A DNA stretch of 63,417 nucleotides, the filler included, from Chiloscyllium plagiosum (Eukaryota), in NCBI RefSeq assembly GCF_004010195.1. It is 4 parts of one record of this genome, joined end to end, with 100 filler letters (N's around TTAATTAATTAA, not from the genome) between each part and the next. Parts side by side here need not be neighbours in the genome. Positions count along the whole stretch, not along the records: positions 27,474 to 54,489 come from NC_057710.1; positions 54,590 to 63,417 come from NC_057710.1; 2 more parts are not named here. One strand, given 5' to 3'. Made by a program: the position numbers and the translations under genes. Shown here one piece after another: positions 51,150 through 63,174 of this stretch (position 1 is its first letter; the number at the start of each line of letters is the position of its first letter). Below the pieces are notes generated by a model. It did not search any database. It was not told the DNA's origin and was given only the letters and a program-made list of their open reading frames with translations.

Positions 51150-54145
51150 CTGGTTACTATCTTATACTAATGACTTCTTTCACAACAGCAAGTCTGATCT
51201 CATTTCAGTCTCAACTCCACTTTAATGCCCACTCTTTCAACCCATTACTAATTAAAAATGTCCATCTCGTCCTCAAATTCACTCAATGTCCCAGCATCCA
51301 CTATTCTCTAGGGTACTGAATTCCACAGATTTACGACCCTTTGAAATTTCACCTCATTTGTTTTAAATCTGCTAGCCTTTACCCACAAATATGCCCTCTC
51401 ATTCTAGATTGTGCCACATGAGGAAACACCGTTTCTACATCCAATTGTCATTCCCGTTTAGCAACTTATGTATCTCAATTAGGTCTCCATTCATTCTTCT
51501 AAATTCCACAGTACAAATTTAAACTGTTCACACTCTCTTCACAAGATAAACCCCTCACCTCTGGAGTAAATCTAGTGAAACTCTTCAGAACTACCTCCAA
51601 AACAACTATAAACATCCCCAAGTAAGGAGTCCAAAATTGCATGCTCTTCTCCAGGTGGGGTATTGCTAATGTCTTGTACACTTGTAGCAATTCTTCCCTA
51701 CTCTTGTACTCCATTTCTTTAGCAGTAAATGTCAAAATTCCATTTGCCTTCCTCGTTACCTGTTGTACCTGCATTTCCGTTTTCTGTGATTTATGTACGA
51801 TATTCTGCAGCAAAACACTCTGAAGTTTCTCTCCATTTAGATATGTTGCTTTTCTGTTCTATGGTCCAAAATCAATAACTTCACATTTATCCATGTTAAA
51901 CTTCATCTGCCAAATTGTGGCCCATTCAACTAATCTATTCACACCCATTTGTAAAATGCTTATTTCTTCATTGCAACTTACTTTCCCACCAATTTTACTG
52001 CAAATTTGGCTGTTGTACCTTCTATCCCCATATCCAAATCATTAATATAGATTGCAAATAGTTGGAGTTCAGGACAAACCCTGTGGTACCCCACCAATTA
52101 CACCTTACCAACCAGCAAAAGAAACGTTTATTCCAGCCTCTGCTTTCTGTTGGTTAGCCAACCCTGTACCCAAGCTCATAAATCACTCCTAACCTCACAT
52201 GATCTTAGCGAGGTTTGAGAAGATTTGTAGCTCTGGTTGAGGTTCTGGATATAAGTTTGTTCGCTGAGCTGGAAGGTTTCTTTTCAGACATTTCATCACC
52301 ATACGAGGTAACATCTTCAGTGAGCCTCTGGATGATCTTATCTTATCTTGTGTATTAACCTTTTGTGAGGCACCTTGTCAAATGGCTTCTAGGAGTTCAT
52401 ATACATGACAACTACAGGATCTCCAACATTCTTATCGTTTGCTACATCTTCAAAGCACCTAGCAAATTTGTCAAACATGATTAATCCTTCATAAAACCAT
52501 GCTCACTCTGATGGATTGCTTTTTGAGTTTCCAAATGTCCTGTTATTACTTCTTTATTAATGGATTCTAACAATTTCCCAATGACACATTAAACTAACTG
52601 GTTTGTTGCTTCCTATTTTCTGTCTCCATTCCTTTTTAATAAGGGTGCTTTATTAGCATTTTTCCAATCCTCTGGAAGCTTTCTCACACCCAGGGAATTG
52701 TGGAATATCATAACCAATGGATCCACTAACCCTGCTTCTAATTCCTTTAAAATCCCTAAGACACGAGGTAGCATTCATCCCATATCCATTCTATTAATAC
52801 ATTTCATAAATTTAAAGAGGTCTTTTCGGTCATACCTAAGCCTTCATTTTTCAAGAGTAGAAACCCAGTCTGTTAATCTTTTCCTAAATATCTATGCATT
52901 TCTAATATCTTTATAAAGCTGTTCCACACCCCCTCAACTGACTCTATATCTTTGTTAATAATATGACTACAACAACATTGAACCTTGGTTAGACCAAGCT
53001 ATTAATAATATATAAGCATAACTTTCTACATAAATTCCATAGCTCCAAAAAGTTGAATGTCTGTTTTTGGTTCTCTTGCCCTGTTAACCTGTGACAGCAT
53101 TTCAGTACTTAAGAGTATTTGTACCCAAAATATCCTTCGCCCCATCTAAACTTGCACCTTCCAAATAGTAAGTAACTTCTTTACTCTTCTGATCACATTT
53201 ATAATTATATTTATCTATACTGAACTTCATTTATCAATTATTGCAGTTCATTAATATCTCCCTTTAATCTTGAAGTCCTTCTCAGTGATAGATAGCCCTT
53301 CCAATTTTGTATCAAATTTAGAAATTGTGTTTTTGATTCCAAAATCAAAATTGTTAGCATATGTTCTAAACAATAGTCCCAGCACTGATCCTTGGAGAAC
53401 ACAAATTCCTACCTTCTTTCACTCTAAACAATCCTATACACCTTCCTCTGTTATGGAGTTAGCTAACAATCCATCTTCTACTTCTCCCATGACCCCATAT
53501 TTTTGACCTTATTCATTAATCTATTACGAGATATTTTATTAAAGCCCTTTTGAAAATTCACATCAACTACAGACACTTCATTAACATTGTTTAGTCTCTG
53601 TCACCTCTTCAAAAAATTCAATAATTTCAGTAAGTAAAATATTCTCTTTTCAAATCCATACTGAATAGTCATTTGTCTTTGTTTCTAGATGTTGTTCATC
53701 TGACTCCATTATAATTCTTTAGATATGTTGTGCCCTTCTTTTAAATAGAGGAACTGTATCAGCTATCCACCAGTCCTTTGGCACTACACTTTTTCTAACA
53801 AAATATTTATATGTTTTATATTGAGTATTGCTTCTGCTATATCTGCTCTAGATTTCAGACTTTACCCTGCGTTTATTCGATGCACCTCCTTCATTTGTTA
53901 TTTTAAATGCACTTATCTCATTATTCAAAGTCATGCCTACTCATTCTCTCTCTGGCAAAAACCAGGGTGAAATAAATAATCAATATTGCTGCCATATCTC
54001 TATTGTTACCTATGCTATTATCATGTCTATCCCCTGATGGTCTTCTTTCTAGCCCAACCCTTCCTTTTAAATTAATGTGCCTGGAAAATATAATCAAACA
54101 TATATTGTTTAATTTCTAGATAATTTAATACTTTTGCTGCCTTAA
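51150..54145 (-). mobile_element. Two successive older CR1 ORF2 remnants (about 51150-52760 and 52770-54145)
   Basis: KANGILTF...MEYKSREELLQVYKTL...HLE..MQFWTPY and further decayed RT motifs. Confidence 0.7.
52208..52331 (-). mobile_element. Stand-alone family B PLE terminus with intact hammerhead core and 9-bp TSD
   Basis: Reverse complement ggcTCA-CTGAAGA-T-GTTACC-tcgtat-GGTGAT-GAAA-TGTC-TGA (52284-52326). atgatctta at 52199-52207 and 52332-52340. Confidence 0.82.
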
Positions 54146-54154
54146 TATTTTTGT

Positions 54155-54489
54155 TAAAAACCTCATAACACCAGGTTATAGTCCAACTGGTTTATTTGGA
54201 AGCACAAGCTTTCGGAGCGCTGCTCCTTCATCACGTGGCTTTGGAGTATAAGATCGTAAGATACAGAATTTATAGCAAAAGTTTACAGTATGATGCAACT
54301 GAGTTAAATATTGAAAAAGATCTGAATTGTTTGTTAAGTCTGATCTTTTAAAATGACCATGCTGGTTACAATTCTTCCATATGTAAATCCCAGAACTTTT
54401 TTCAAGTTACGTTCTCAAACTAACTTTAACAATAGGTGCCATGTCAGCTCAGATGATGCATTGAAGGCGTAAGGTTGAAGTCTGTGTGT
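54155..54489 (-). mobile_element. PLE 3' terminal region (family C) with hammerhead motif, cut by the gap
   Basis: Reverse complement cCAC-GTGATGA-A-GGAGC-agc-GCTCC-GAAA-GCTT-GTG (54203-54238). The first core base is G instead of C. Confidence 0.75.
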
Positions 54490-54589
54490 NNNNNNNNNNN
54501 NNNNNNNNNNNNNNNNNNNNNNNNNNNNNNNNNTTAATTAATTAANNNNNNNNNNNNNNNNNNNNNNNNNNNNNNNNNNNNNNNNNNNN
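54490..54589. other. 100-bp assembly gap with artificial linker
   Basis: 44 N + TTAATTAATTAA (54534-54545) + 44 N. Confidence 0.97.
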
Positions 54590-54703
54590 CCTTTGCCCGA
54601 AACGTCGATTTTACTGCTCCTCGGATGCTGTCTGAACTGCTGTGCTCTTCCAGCACCACTAATCCAGAATCTGGTTTCCAGCTGTGCAGTCATTGTTTTT
54701 ACC
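54590..54703 (+). mobile_element. PLE terminus (family A variant)
   Basis: gcccGAAACGTCgattttactgctcctcggatgctg...ttccagc...gcagtcattgtttttacc. Confidence 0.7.
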
Positions 54704-54825
54704 TAGCGAATGTGGATGTACTGAGCCACTTCCCATTAGCAGAACACCGCTGATTGCAGTCATTGTTTTTACCTAGCGAATGTGGATGTACTGAGCCACT
54801 TCCCATTAGCAGAAACACCGCTGAT
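54685..54825 (+). repeat. Tandem duplication of about 70 bp
   Basis: 54685-54754 and 54755-54825 are identical apart from one extra A. Confidence 0.93.
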
Positions 54826-55333
54826 GGTAACCCCAATGGAAGAGTCTTCATCCAGAATTTGGGGGGCAGAGAATATTGCATACAGCAGTCCCATGCAACC
54901 ATAGTTTGAGTCATTTCACTGGGTGCAAGACAATGTGTAGCTTTTATAGCTTGATGGAGACTGTGTTCCATCTTAACATTGAGAGTTTCCATTTGCAGCT
55001 CCTCTTTAATTTTTTGAAGGGGCTTTTCCTTAGGCTTTAGTTGCACTTCAGTCCCATGCTCATGATCTACAGCCAACTGGTGTGGGGTAGGGCAGACAAG
55101 TCCTAGGTCTGCTGTTGGGCTTGGCAAAATTGGCCATCAATAGATACAGGCAGTAGGTCACAGAAGGTCTTGTTGTTCTGACTGTGTGCCCCTCTTTCAC
55201 AGTTACATCTGTTCTCAGGTGTCCCTGGAGAAGAAGCATGCAGTGCTCATAGGCACTGTCAAGGCCTTTCAAAACCAGTGAGCATCATGGAGACTGGAAT
55301 GCATCCTTGGCCCCAACAACGCCATTTTGATTT

Positions 55334-55700
55334 TAGATTCATAGAATCCCTACAGTGTGGAAACAGACTCTTCGGCCCAACAAGTCCACAATGACCCTCC
55401 GAAGAGTAACCCACCCTGACCTATTCCCTTACCGTATTATCCTATATTTACACCTGACTAATGCACCTAACCTATACATTCTTGGACACTATGGGCAATT
55501 TAGCATGACCAATTCACCTAACCTGCACATCCCCCCCTTATGGGATTATGGGAGGCAACCAGAACACTGGGAGGAAACTCACGCAGACATAGGGAGAATT
55601 TGCAAACTCCACACAGACAATTGCCCAAGACTGGAATCAAACCCGGGTCCCTGGTGCTGTGAGGCAGCAATGCTAACCACTGAGCCACCATGCTGCCCCA
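55334..55700 (-). mobile_element. HE1-like V-SINE (more diverged)
   Basis: Collinear with 5966-6292. Confidence 0.85.
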
Positions 55701-56304
55701 CTTTGTTTTACCGTTTAGTTCTGTGAATATCCATTCGACATTTTCATTTCTGTTTGACTTCAATTTGATGCCCCTGTAGGGGCTGCTTCACTATTGTTTA
55801 TTTATTCGGCATTTTAACCCCTTGTTGTCCCTGTCCCAGGAGTGTTTGATGGGGGCAGAGTCGAGGGAATTTTATTCCCTGTTCACTTCTTGTCTAAAAG
55901 AATAGAGTGAGCTTTACTCGGCATTTAAGCTTGTGTTGTTCCTATTCCAGGAGTGTTTGATGGGGATGGCAATGAAGAGACTTTCCAATTAAAACAGCTG
56001 GAAGATATTACATCTTCTGGACGTGCTCCCATTCATAGCCAACACAGAAAGATCCGATTCTTCTCAAACTGAAACAATTAGTGTTAATGGGAGGAATAAA
56101 AGATCTGTTAGAATTAAAATCTTTTTGGACCAGGACAGACCAACTCAAAGTGAAGGATGGCATATTGTTATGGGGAGCGAGAGTGATTGTCCCGAACAAA
56201 GGTTGCTGTCAAATACTGACTGAACTCCACCAGGATTAAAAAAAGGCTATTATTATTCACAGAATGGACCAGTTGGCTACTTGTTGAAATTTTCAGCACC
56301 AGAA

Positions 56305-56386
56305 GTCTCACATCACCAGGTTATAATCCAACAGGTTTATCTGAAATCATAAGCTTTCAGAGCACTGCTCCATCATCAGGTGAAGT
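56305..56386 (-). mobile_element. Family C PLE terminus fragment with hammerhead core
   Basis: Reverse complement cac-CTGATGA(56379-56373)-T-GGAGC-agt-GCTCT-GAAA-GCTT-atg. Confidence 0.7.
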
Positions 56387-56594
56387 ACACTTGAATTACC
56401 TCATCCAGGAACCCTGACATGTAACTGAGGCAACTGATTATTGAATAGCTTAAATTAATCAGCTTTGAAACATCTTCTCAGTCTGCTTTTTAACATGAGA
56501 ACAGAGAACAATTGGGATCTCCAGATTCAATAAAACCTGTCATTAGTTTCAGCCTCTCCCTCTCCAAAAACCTGGCTTCTAGGAAGAAATTTCA

Positions 56595-57327
56595 AAAGGC
56601 AAGGACTTATTAGGGATAGTCAACATGGCTTTTATGCATGGGAAAGCATGACTCACAAACTTGATTGAGTTTTTTTGAAAAAGTAAAAAAGAGGATTGAA
56701 GAAGTAACAAAAAGGGCTGAGGAGTGGCAGATGAAGATTAATTTAGATAAATGAGAGGTGCTGCTATTTGGAAAATCAAATCTTAGCAGGACTTCTCCAC
56801 TTAATGGTAAGGCCCTGGAGAGTGTTGTTGAACAAAGAGACTTTGGAGTGCAGGTTCATAGTTCCTTGAAAGTAGAGTCGCAAGTAGATAGGATAGTAAA
56901 TAAGGCATTTGGCATGCTTTCTTTATTGGTCAGAATGTTGATTACAGGAGTTGGGAAGTCATGTTGCTGCTTTACAGGATGTTAGTTCCGTCACTTTTGG
57001 AATATTGCATGCAATTCTGGTCTCCTTCCTATCGGAAGGGTGTTTGAAACTTGAAATGGTTCAGAAAAGATTTACAAGGATGTTGCCAGGGTTGGAGAAT
57101 TTGGGCTATAGGGAGAGGTTGAATAGGCTGGGGCTGTTTTCCCTGCAGCGTTGCAGGCTGAGGGGTGACCTTATAGAGGTTTACAAAATTATGAGGGGCA
57201 TGGATAGGAAGCCCAGAACTAGAGGACATAGGTTTAGGGTGAGAGGGGAAAGATATAAAAGAGATCTAAGGGGCACCTTTTTCACGCAGAGTGTAGTACG
57301 TGTATGGAATAAGCTGCTGGAGGAAGT
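56595..57327 (+). mobile_element. Internally deleted CR1 ORF2 3' part, cut by a gap
   Basis: SQHGF...LTNLIEFF, QRDFGVQVHSSLKV and RGDLIEVYKIMRG. Confidence 0.9.
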
Positions 57328-57642
57328 NNNNNNNNNNNNNNNNNNNNNNNNNNNNNNNNNNNNNNNNNNNNNNNNNNNNNNNNNNNNNNNNNNNNNNNNN
57401 NNNNNNNNNNNNNNNNNNNNNNNNNNNNNNNNNNNNNNNNNNNNNNNNNNNNNNNNNNNNNNNNNNNNNNNNNNNNNNNNNNNNNNNNNNNNNNNNNNNN
57501 NNNNNNNNNNNNNNNNNNNNNNNNNNNNNNNNNNNNNNNNNNNNNNNNNNNNNNNNNNNNNNNNNNNNNNNNNNNNNNNNNNNNNNNNNNNNNNNNNNNN
57601 NNNNNNNNNNNNNNNNNNNNNNNNNNNNNNNNNNNNNNNNNN
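57328..57642. other. Assembly gap (315 N)
   Basis: Run of N without a linker. Confidence 0.98.
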
Positions 57643-59011
57643 GACAGACAGAGAGAGAGAGAGATAGAGACAGAGAAAAAGTTAGGTAGACAAAGGGATT
57701 GTTGTCGTAAACCAAGAAAAGTTAGATAGGTGGTAATGGGGACTATGTGGTGAAAATAGTTACCTGTGCTGAAAGCAACCTGTATCATGACAAGACCCAG
57801 GGTGTGGGAGTGGGTAATAGACATAGAAGGAAGATTTCAGACTGTAAAATTATTAAACTTGACATTGAGTCCAAAAGGCTATAAAGGTCCCCAAGTAGAA
57901 ATGAGGTGCTGTTTCTCCAGCTTGTGGTGAGCAATGCTGGAGAACTGTAGCAGACCCAGGAAAGAATTTTTGGCATTGGAATTTGATGGTCTGTTGAAAT
58001 GGCAGAAAATTTAGAAACTCAGGGTTGCTTTCACAGACAGAACGTAGATGTTCTGTAAAGTAGTCACCCATTTTGCATTTGTCTCCCCAGTGTAGGGTCG
58101 ACACATTGTGAGGAGTGAATACAGTAAACCAGATTGAGTGACATGCAGGTAAATAGTGACATACAGTAGACCAGATTGAGTGACTGCTTCACCAATAAGG
58201 TGTAAATAGCGGGATGAGGCAAACAGGTGTCATACCTTCTGTGATTGCATTGGAAAGTGCCATGGGATATGGGATGGTGTTGTGAGTGGAGGAGGAGTGG
58301 ACCAGGGTGTCCTGGAGGAAACAGTACCTGCAGAATGCTGACAAGGGAGGGATGACTAATGTGTGTCCGGTTGGTGGCATCTGGCTGAAGGTGGCAGAAA
58401 TAGTGTCTCAGGATTCTTTGGACATAGTGGCTGAAGGAGTGAAAGGTGAGGAATGGGGGAGCCTATTAGTGTTGTGGAAGGGAAGAGGAGTGAGGGCAGA
58501 AGGCGGGAAATGAGTCAGACATGACTAAGGGCCCTGTCGACCACAGTGGTGGGGAATCCTCAGTTGAGGAAAAATATGGACATTTCTGATGTATCATTTA
58601 GGTATCTATGGGAGGTGAAGGTGAGGGCAGGGTGGAAATTAAAAGTAAAATTGAAAAATATTTCTAATTCCAAATGAGGGAAACAGCTCTAACAGTGTCA
58701 TGGATGTAATGGAGAGAGTTGTGAGGAGAGATTCAAGTAGGCTTGGAATAAAGAATGTTCCACAAAGAGACAGGTATAAGTGGAGTCCATGCAGGTACTT
58801 ATGGCCACACTTTGATCTGAAGAAAGTGAAAAGAATTCAGGGAGAAGTTTTTCAAAGCAGGGACAAGTTCAGCCAAGTGGAGGAAGGTGGTGGTAGATGG
58901 AGATGGTTCAGACCTTCTTTCCAGGAAGAAGCAGAGAACATTAAAACTATAATACTGCAAGTCCACGGTAAAGAGGAGGTGCCCATGAACTAGACATTTT
59001 GAAATTGCTGT

Positions 59012-59176
59012 CAAGAATGTGGTGCTGGAAAAGCACAAAGGTTAGGCAGCATACAAGGAGCAGGAAAATTGACGTTTCGGGCAAAAGCCCTTCATTCGGA
59101 TGATGCCTGACCTGCTGTACTTTTCCAGCACCACGCTCGACTCTAATCTCCAGCATCTGCAGTCCTCACTTTCGCC
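59012..59176 (+). mobile_element. Fold-back mini PLE insertion (family A) with 17-bp TSD
   Basis: cattttgaaattgctgt at 58995-59011 and 59177-59193. The minus strand of the left arm reads ccgaatgaagggcttttgcccGAAACGTC. Confidence 0.88.
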
Positions 59177-59314
59177 CATTTTGAAATTGCTGTAAAGCTT
59201 CCGAAGAATTGTGGATGTATAGGAAGGGACTGGACAGAGGGAGAAAAGAATCAAATCAAGATGGGAAGAATTAAGTTCAGGAACAAGCAGAAACAATGGG
59301 TTTGCCCCTACAGT

Positions 59315-60240
59315 TGCAACGACGCTGCTCCTTTAACAAGGTTATGTTGTCCTTGTTTTTTTCAGAAGGTCGTAAAACACACAAACTTTGAAAAATCCAA
59401 GTTTCAAGAGTTTTTGGGCTAATTTGATTATAGCTAACAGATACTGCCTCAGAAAAAAGGTTTTCAAGTTTTGTTTTTAAAATCACCTGTACAATGAAAG
59501 GGGAGAAGCCAGTTTTTGTTTATTCATTCATGGGATGAGGATGTCGCTGGCTGGGCCAACACTTATCACCCATTCCTATTTGCCCATTGTTGTGGGTCTG
59601 GAGTCACATGTCGGCCAGACCAGTTAAGGATGGCAGTTTCCCTCGCTAAGGGATGTTATTGAACCAGGTGGGTTTTTTCAACAATCAACAATGGATTCAT
59701 GGACATCATCAGACTGTTAATTTCAGATTCGTTTTTTGTTGAATTCAAATTCCACCATCTGTCGTGGCGGGATTCGAACCCAGTCCCCAGAACATTACCT
59801 AGGTCTCTGGATTAACAGTCCAGCTCTGCTTTTCTCTGGTTTTTGGCTGTTTGGCTATTCACTGAAAGCAGTGAGGCATTTTGAAGTTGCTGGACACAAA
59901 GAAGCAGATCCATGCTGATCCTCCTCTCTCACTGACTTCTCTTCTGTAAGAACCTGTGTTTGATTTTACCTTTTGTGCTAAGGGGTGTTTAAGGAACAGC
60001 ATCATTAAATTGGTATAATCTGTTAGATTATTGGATAGGTTAATTTCTTTGGCATTCTATTTTCTTTTGTTGGTGTTTCATTCCATAATCTTGTAAATAA
60101 ATTCTGTTTTGTTTAAAACTAAGTGGCTTGACCAGCTGCATCTTTCCTGGAATATCCACTCTGCACCTGTTTAAAACAATTAGCAAAGTCTGGGCTACTT
60201 TCTTAAAATGTTTTCAGGAGGTCTGTCCTGGTCCATGACA
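59315..60240 (+). mobile_element. Probable solo LTR inside the PLE, carrying a family X SINE-like copy (about 59512-59822, minus)
   Basis: TG...CA ends (TGCAACGA...CATGACA), flanks acagt/ccagt, AATAAA near 60096. The nested copy has a perfect B box GGTTCGAATCCC on the minus strand (59769-59780). Confidence 0.6.
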
Positions 60241-61807
60241 CCAGTCCTGTTTCAGGATTTTGGGAAGAAGGCAGAAGCGGGCTGCTCAAGGTTGGGAGAC
60301 TATGAGTTGGATCGTGACAGTTGTGCCTGATGTTTAATGGTTCGGGACATGGTCGAAAAGTGTTTGGAAGAAGTGTCAAAGAGCTGTCACTCAGCCTCCA
60401 AAATATATTAGTCAGTACAATAGCTAACAGCACCACACTTGTAGGCAGGCTTGATTACAAAGTCAAGGTTGGATCTGAGAGCACGGAGTGCAGTCAGTCC
60501 AGAGAGGTAGGTTTGAATGGGTGAGAGGAGCAGAGATACTAATGCAAACAATGTCACATTGACAGTTCTCAATGAATAAGCAGAGTGCAAGTAAAACAGC
60601 AGAAGGAGGGTTTCAGGTTGACAGAGAGTGTTAGAGATGAATGAAGGGTTTTTTGGACTCTTGTCCAAAGAAACGGGCATGAAGGTGAAGGTGATGGAAG
60701 AAGAGTTCAATGCCATGTCATGTCTGAAATTCATTGGAGTGGGAATGCAGATGGATAAAGTTTTTTGCTGAGTACAGAATGCTCAGCATTAGGCCGCGGA
60801 AGGTCAGATAGGATAGTAAGAGGTGAGGTTAGGAGAAGTGATGGAGTCAGAGGAATAGAGAGGATAAGAGGATTCAGTAGCATGAATACTTGAGAATTGC
60901 TGCAGCTTGCATTCCTTAATGCCTTAATGTTACCATATTGAAAGAGCCAAACAATGAAATGGAACTGTGGGGCAAGACATCTCTGAGAGAGATGCTACTG
61001 GAGAGACAAGTCAAGAGTATGCATATGGTGGTGCATGGTATCTCGTGTGGATCTCAAGATGCGACGGTAGCAACTGTCTGAAGAGCATTGCACATTACAA
61101 AGATACCTGGGTGGTCATGGTGGATTTGAAACACGAAGGATGAAACTTCAACTGGAATTCATATGAGGTGAGTCTGAGCCAGAGGCAGTCACTGAGAAAT
61201 GATATGTGGCTGTGGAAGCAAGCTTTGGCAAACACCTTGTCAAATACTAGTAACAAAAATTAAAGTAAAGATGGTGTTGGAGAGAGGAGCAGAACTTCTT
61301 TAAAGTGGGAATGCCTGGAAGAGAAGTAGCTGTTAAACACTAAATTGAAAAAAGAACTGCCGATGCAGGAAATCTAAACACAACAGAAATTGCTGAAGAA
61401 CTCAGCAGGTCTTAGGAGCATCTTTGGAGAGTGAAACAGTGTTAACAATTCGAATCCTGTGACCCTTATTGAGAACTGATAGCATCTAGAAAAAAGTGTT
61501 TTCTATCTTGATGACAGGAGATGTGGGTAAATGGAGTGAGTGGACAGGTGGAGGCAGAGTCCAAAGAGAGAGGAGGGGGAAAAGTTGGGCAGATAAAAGG
61601 ATAGTTAATAATTAGTGCCAAGGAATAAGAAAAATTAGATAGGTATTAATGGGGACGATGAGTGGGTGAAAATGGGTTAGCTGTGCTTATTAGACTCTAA
61701 TTTTTTTTATTATTTAGAATTGTAACTTATTTTTCATTATTTTCCCTTCTTTCTTGAATGCTTCTGTGTGACAAGTAATTATGAAAATCCTTGCTTTGAA
61801 ATGCATA

Positions 61808-61926
61808 ACCTTATGCTCGAAATGTCGATTCTTCTGCTCCTCTGATGCTGTCTGATCGACTGTGCTTTTCCAGCACCCAAACGCTTCTACTCTGATCTCC
61901 AGCATGTGCAGTGCTCACTTTCTCCC
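61808..61926 (+). mobile_element. Family A PLE terminus
   Basis: cttatgctcgaaatgtcgattc...ctttctcc, collinear with 7556-7670. Confidence 0.75.
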
Positions 61927-62249
61927 TGCATGGGTAAACTGCCTTGCTTTGTTGCTCGAGACAGTTTCTTGTGGTTTATTTAAAAATTGAATTCACAAGC
62001 AGAAGATTTGGGGAAACACATCACAGCTATTTCAAAATCAAAAAATCTAAGAAAACAAGTAAAAAGACAATTGAGTACAGAACACTCAGCATCAGAGCAC
62101 AAGTGGTCAGATGGGACAGTAGATACCCAGCAAAAGATGGGTTGGGAGAACAACTAGAGAGTTTAATTGACCGTTCCCTTTAGTCCGTGACATATGTGTA
62201 TGTCAAAGTTAATAATACAGCTGTTATGTATTTTATCAACATTTTCAAC

Positions 62250-62740
62250 TTAGAACATAAGATATATGTGCAGGAGTAGACCATATGGAACCTTATGCCT
62301 GCTATACCATTGAGTACAATCAAGACTAGTCCTCAGTCTTAACTCCACTTTCTCCCCTACTTCCCAGGACCCTAGATCCGTTGACAGGTCAAATATCTGT
62401 CTAACCCAGCTTTAAATAATTTCAATGATGAAGTATTCACAAACATCTGGGGTAGAGAATTTCAAAGATACACAGCCCTTTTGAAGGAAATAATTTATCC
62501 AACCTAAATGATCAACACTCATCTGTGAGTATGTCCCACGTTCTAGATACACCTCAACTGCTAAGTCCCTTCAGAACCTTGTATATTTCAATTAACTCAC
62601 CTGTCATTCCTCTAAAATTCAAAGAGTCTGTGCTCAAATTTCTCAGCCTTTTGTCATAGGAAAATATCCTCATCCCAAGAACCCATGTAGCAAATTTTCA
62701 CTCTTCCCAATGTAAATATATCCTTACGTCAGTATAAAGA
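62250..62740 (-). mobile_element. Old CR1 3' end
   Basis: Similar to the tails and UTRs at 12842-13300 and 47667-48100. Confidence 0.6.
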
Positions 62741-63174
62741 TATTCTAATGTTTACGTTTTAATTGGAGGTTTTCTGGAAATGCAGGAGTATGATAGCTCA
62801 CTCCAAGTGCTATATGGGAGAGATCATAGTTCTTGTGGTCATTGTTCAGGTTTTGGAGAAGTACCTAGTGACAGCAAGTGCAGACGTCTGGTCCTAAAAC
62901 CAACGTAGCAGCAAGAGCGATGTAGAAAGTTACCATTATTTGACTGTAAAGATGATTTTGGTAGAATCACACAAACATGTACATATGAGCATTTTTAAAA
63001 CCTCCCCCCTGGGAATTTTGTTAAGCTTTTCCTGCAGTTGCTTGCATCATTTAGGATGCTATGGCTGGTCATCAGCTTCATTATCTTATTCTTCACCTGA
63101 AGATACCTTAGGCTCCACTAGATCCCTATATCCTACACCTCATCAACTATCAAGAGCTTTGGAAATCATGTCTT

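Larger units (their letters stand above)
57670..61690 (-). mobile_element. Near-complete decayed Penelope-like element (family D parent) with direct terminal repeats
   Basis: GIY-YIG remnants (GD.FTEHLRSV, LGT) at 57850-58110, DFVIKPAYKCGAV (KPADKG motif) near 60440, N-terminal homology to 17558-17920 at 60540-60800. Direct repeat at about 57677-57770 and 61581-61687. Confidence 0.72.

Noticed and set aside
56951..57824. Long ORFs of 129-238 aa
   Set aside because: They are inflated by reading through the N gap; the real part is a CR1 C-terminus.
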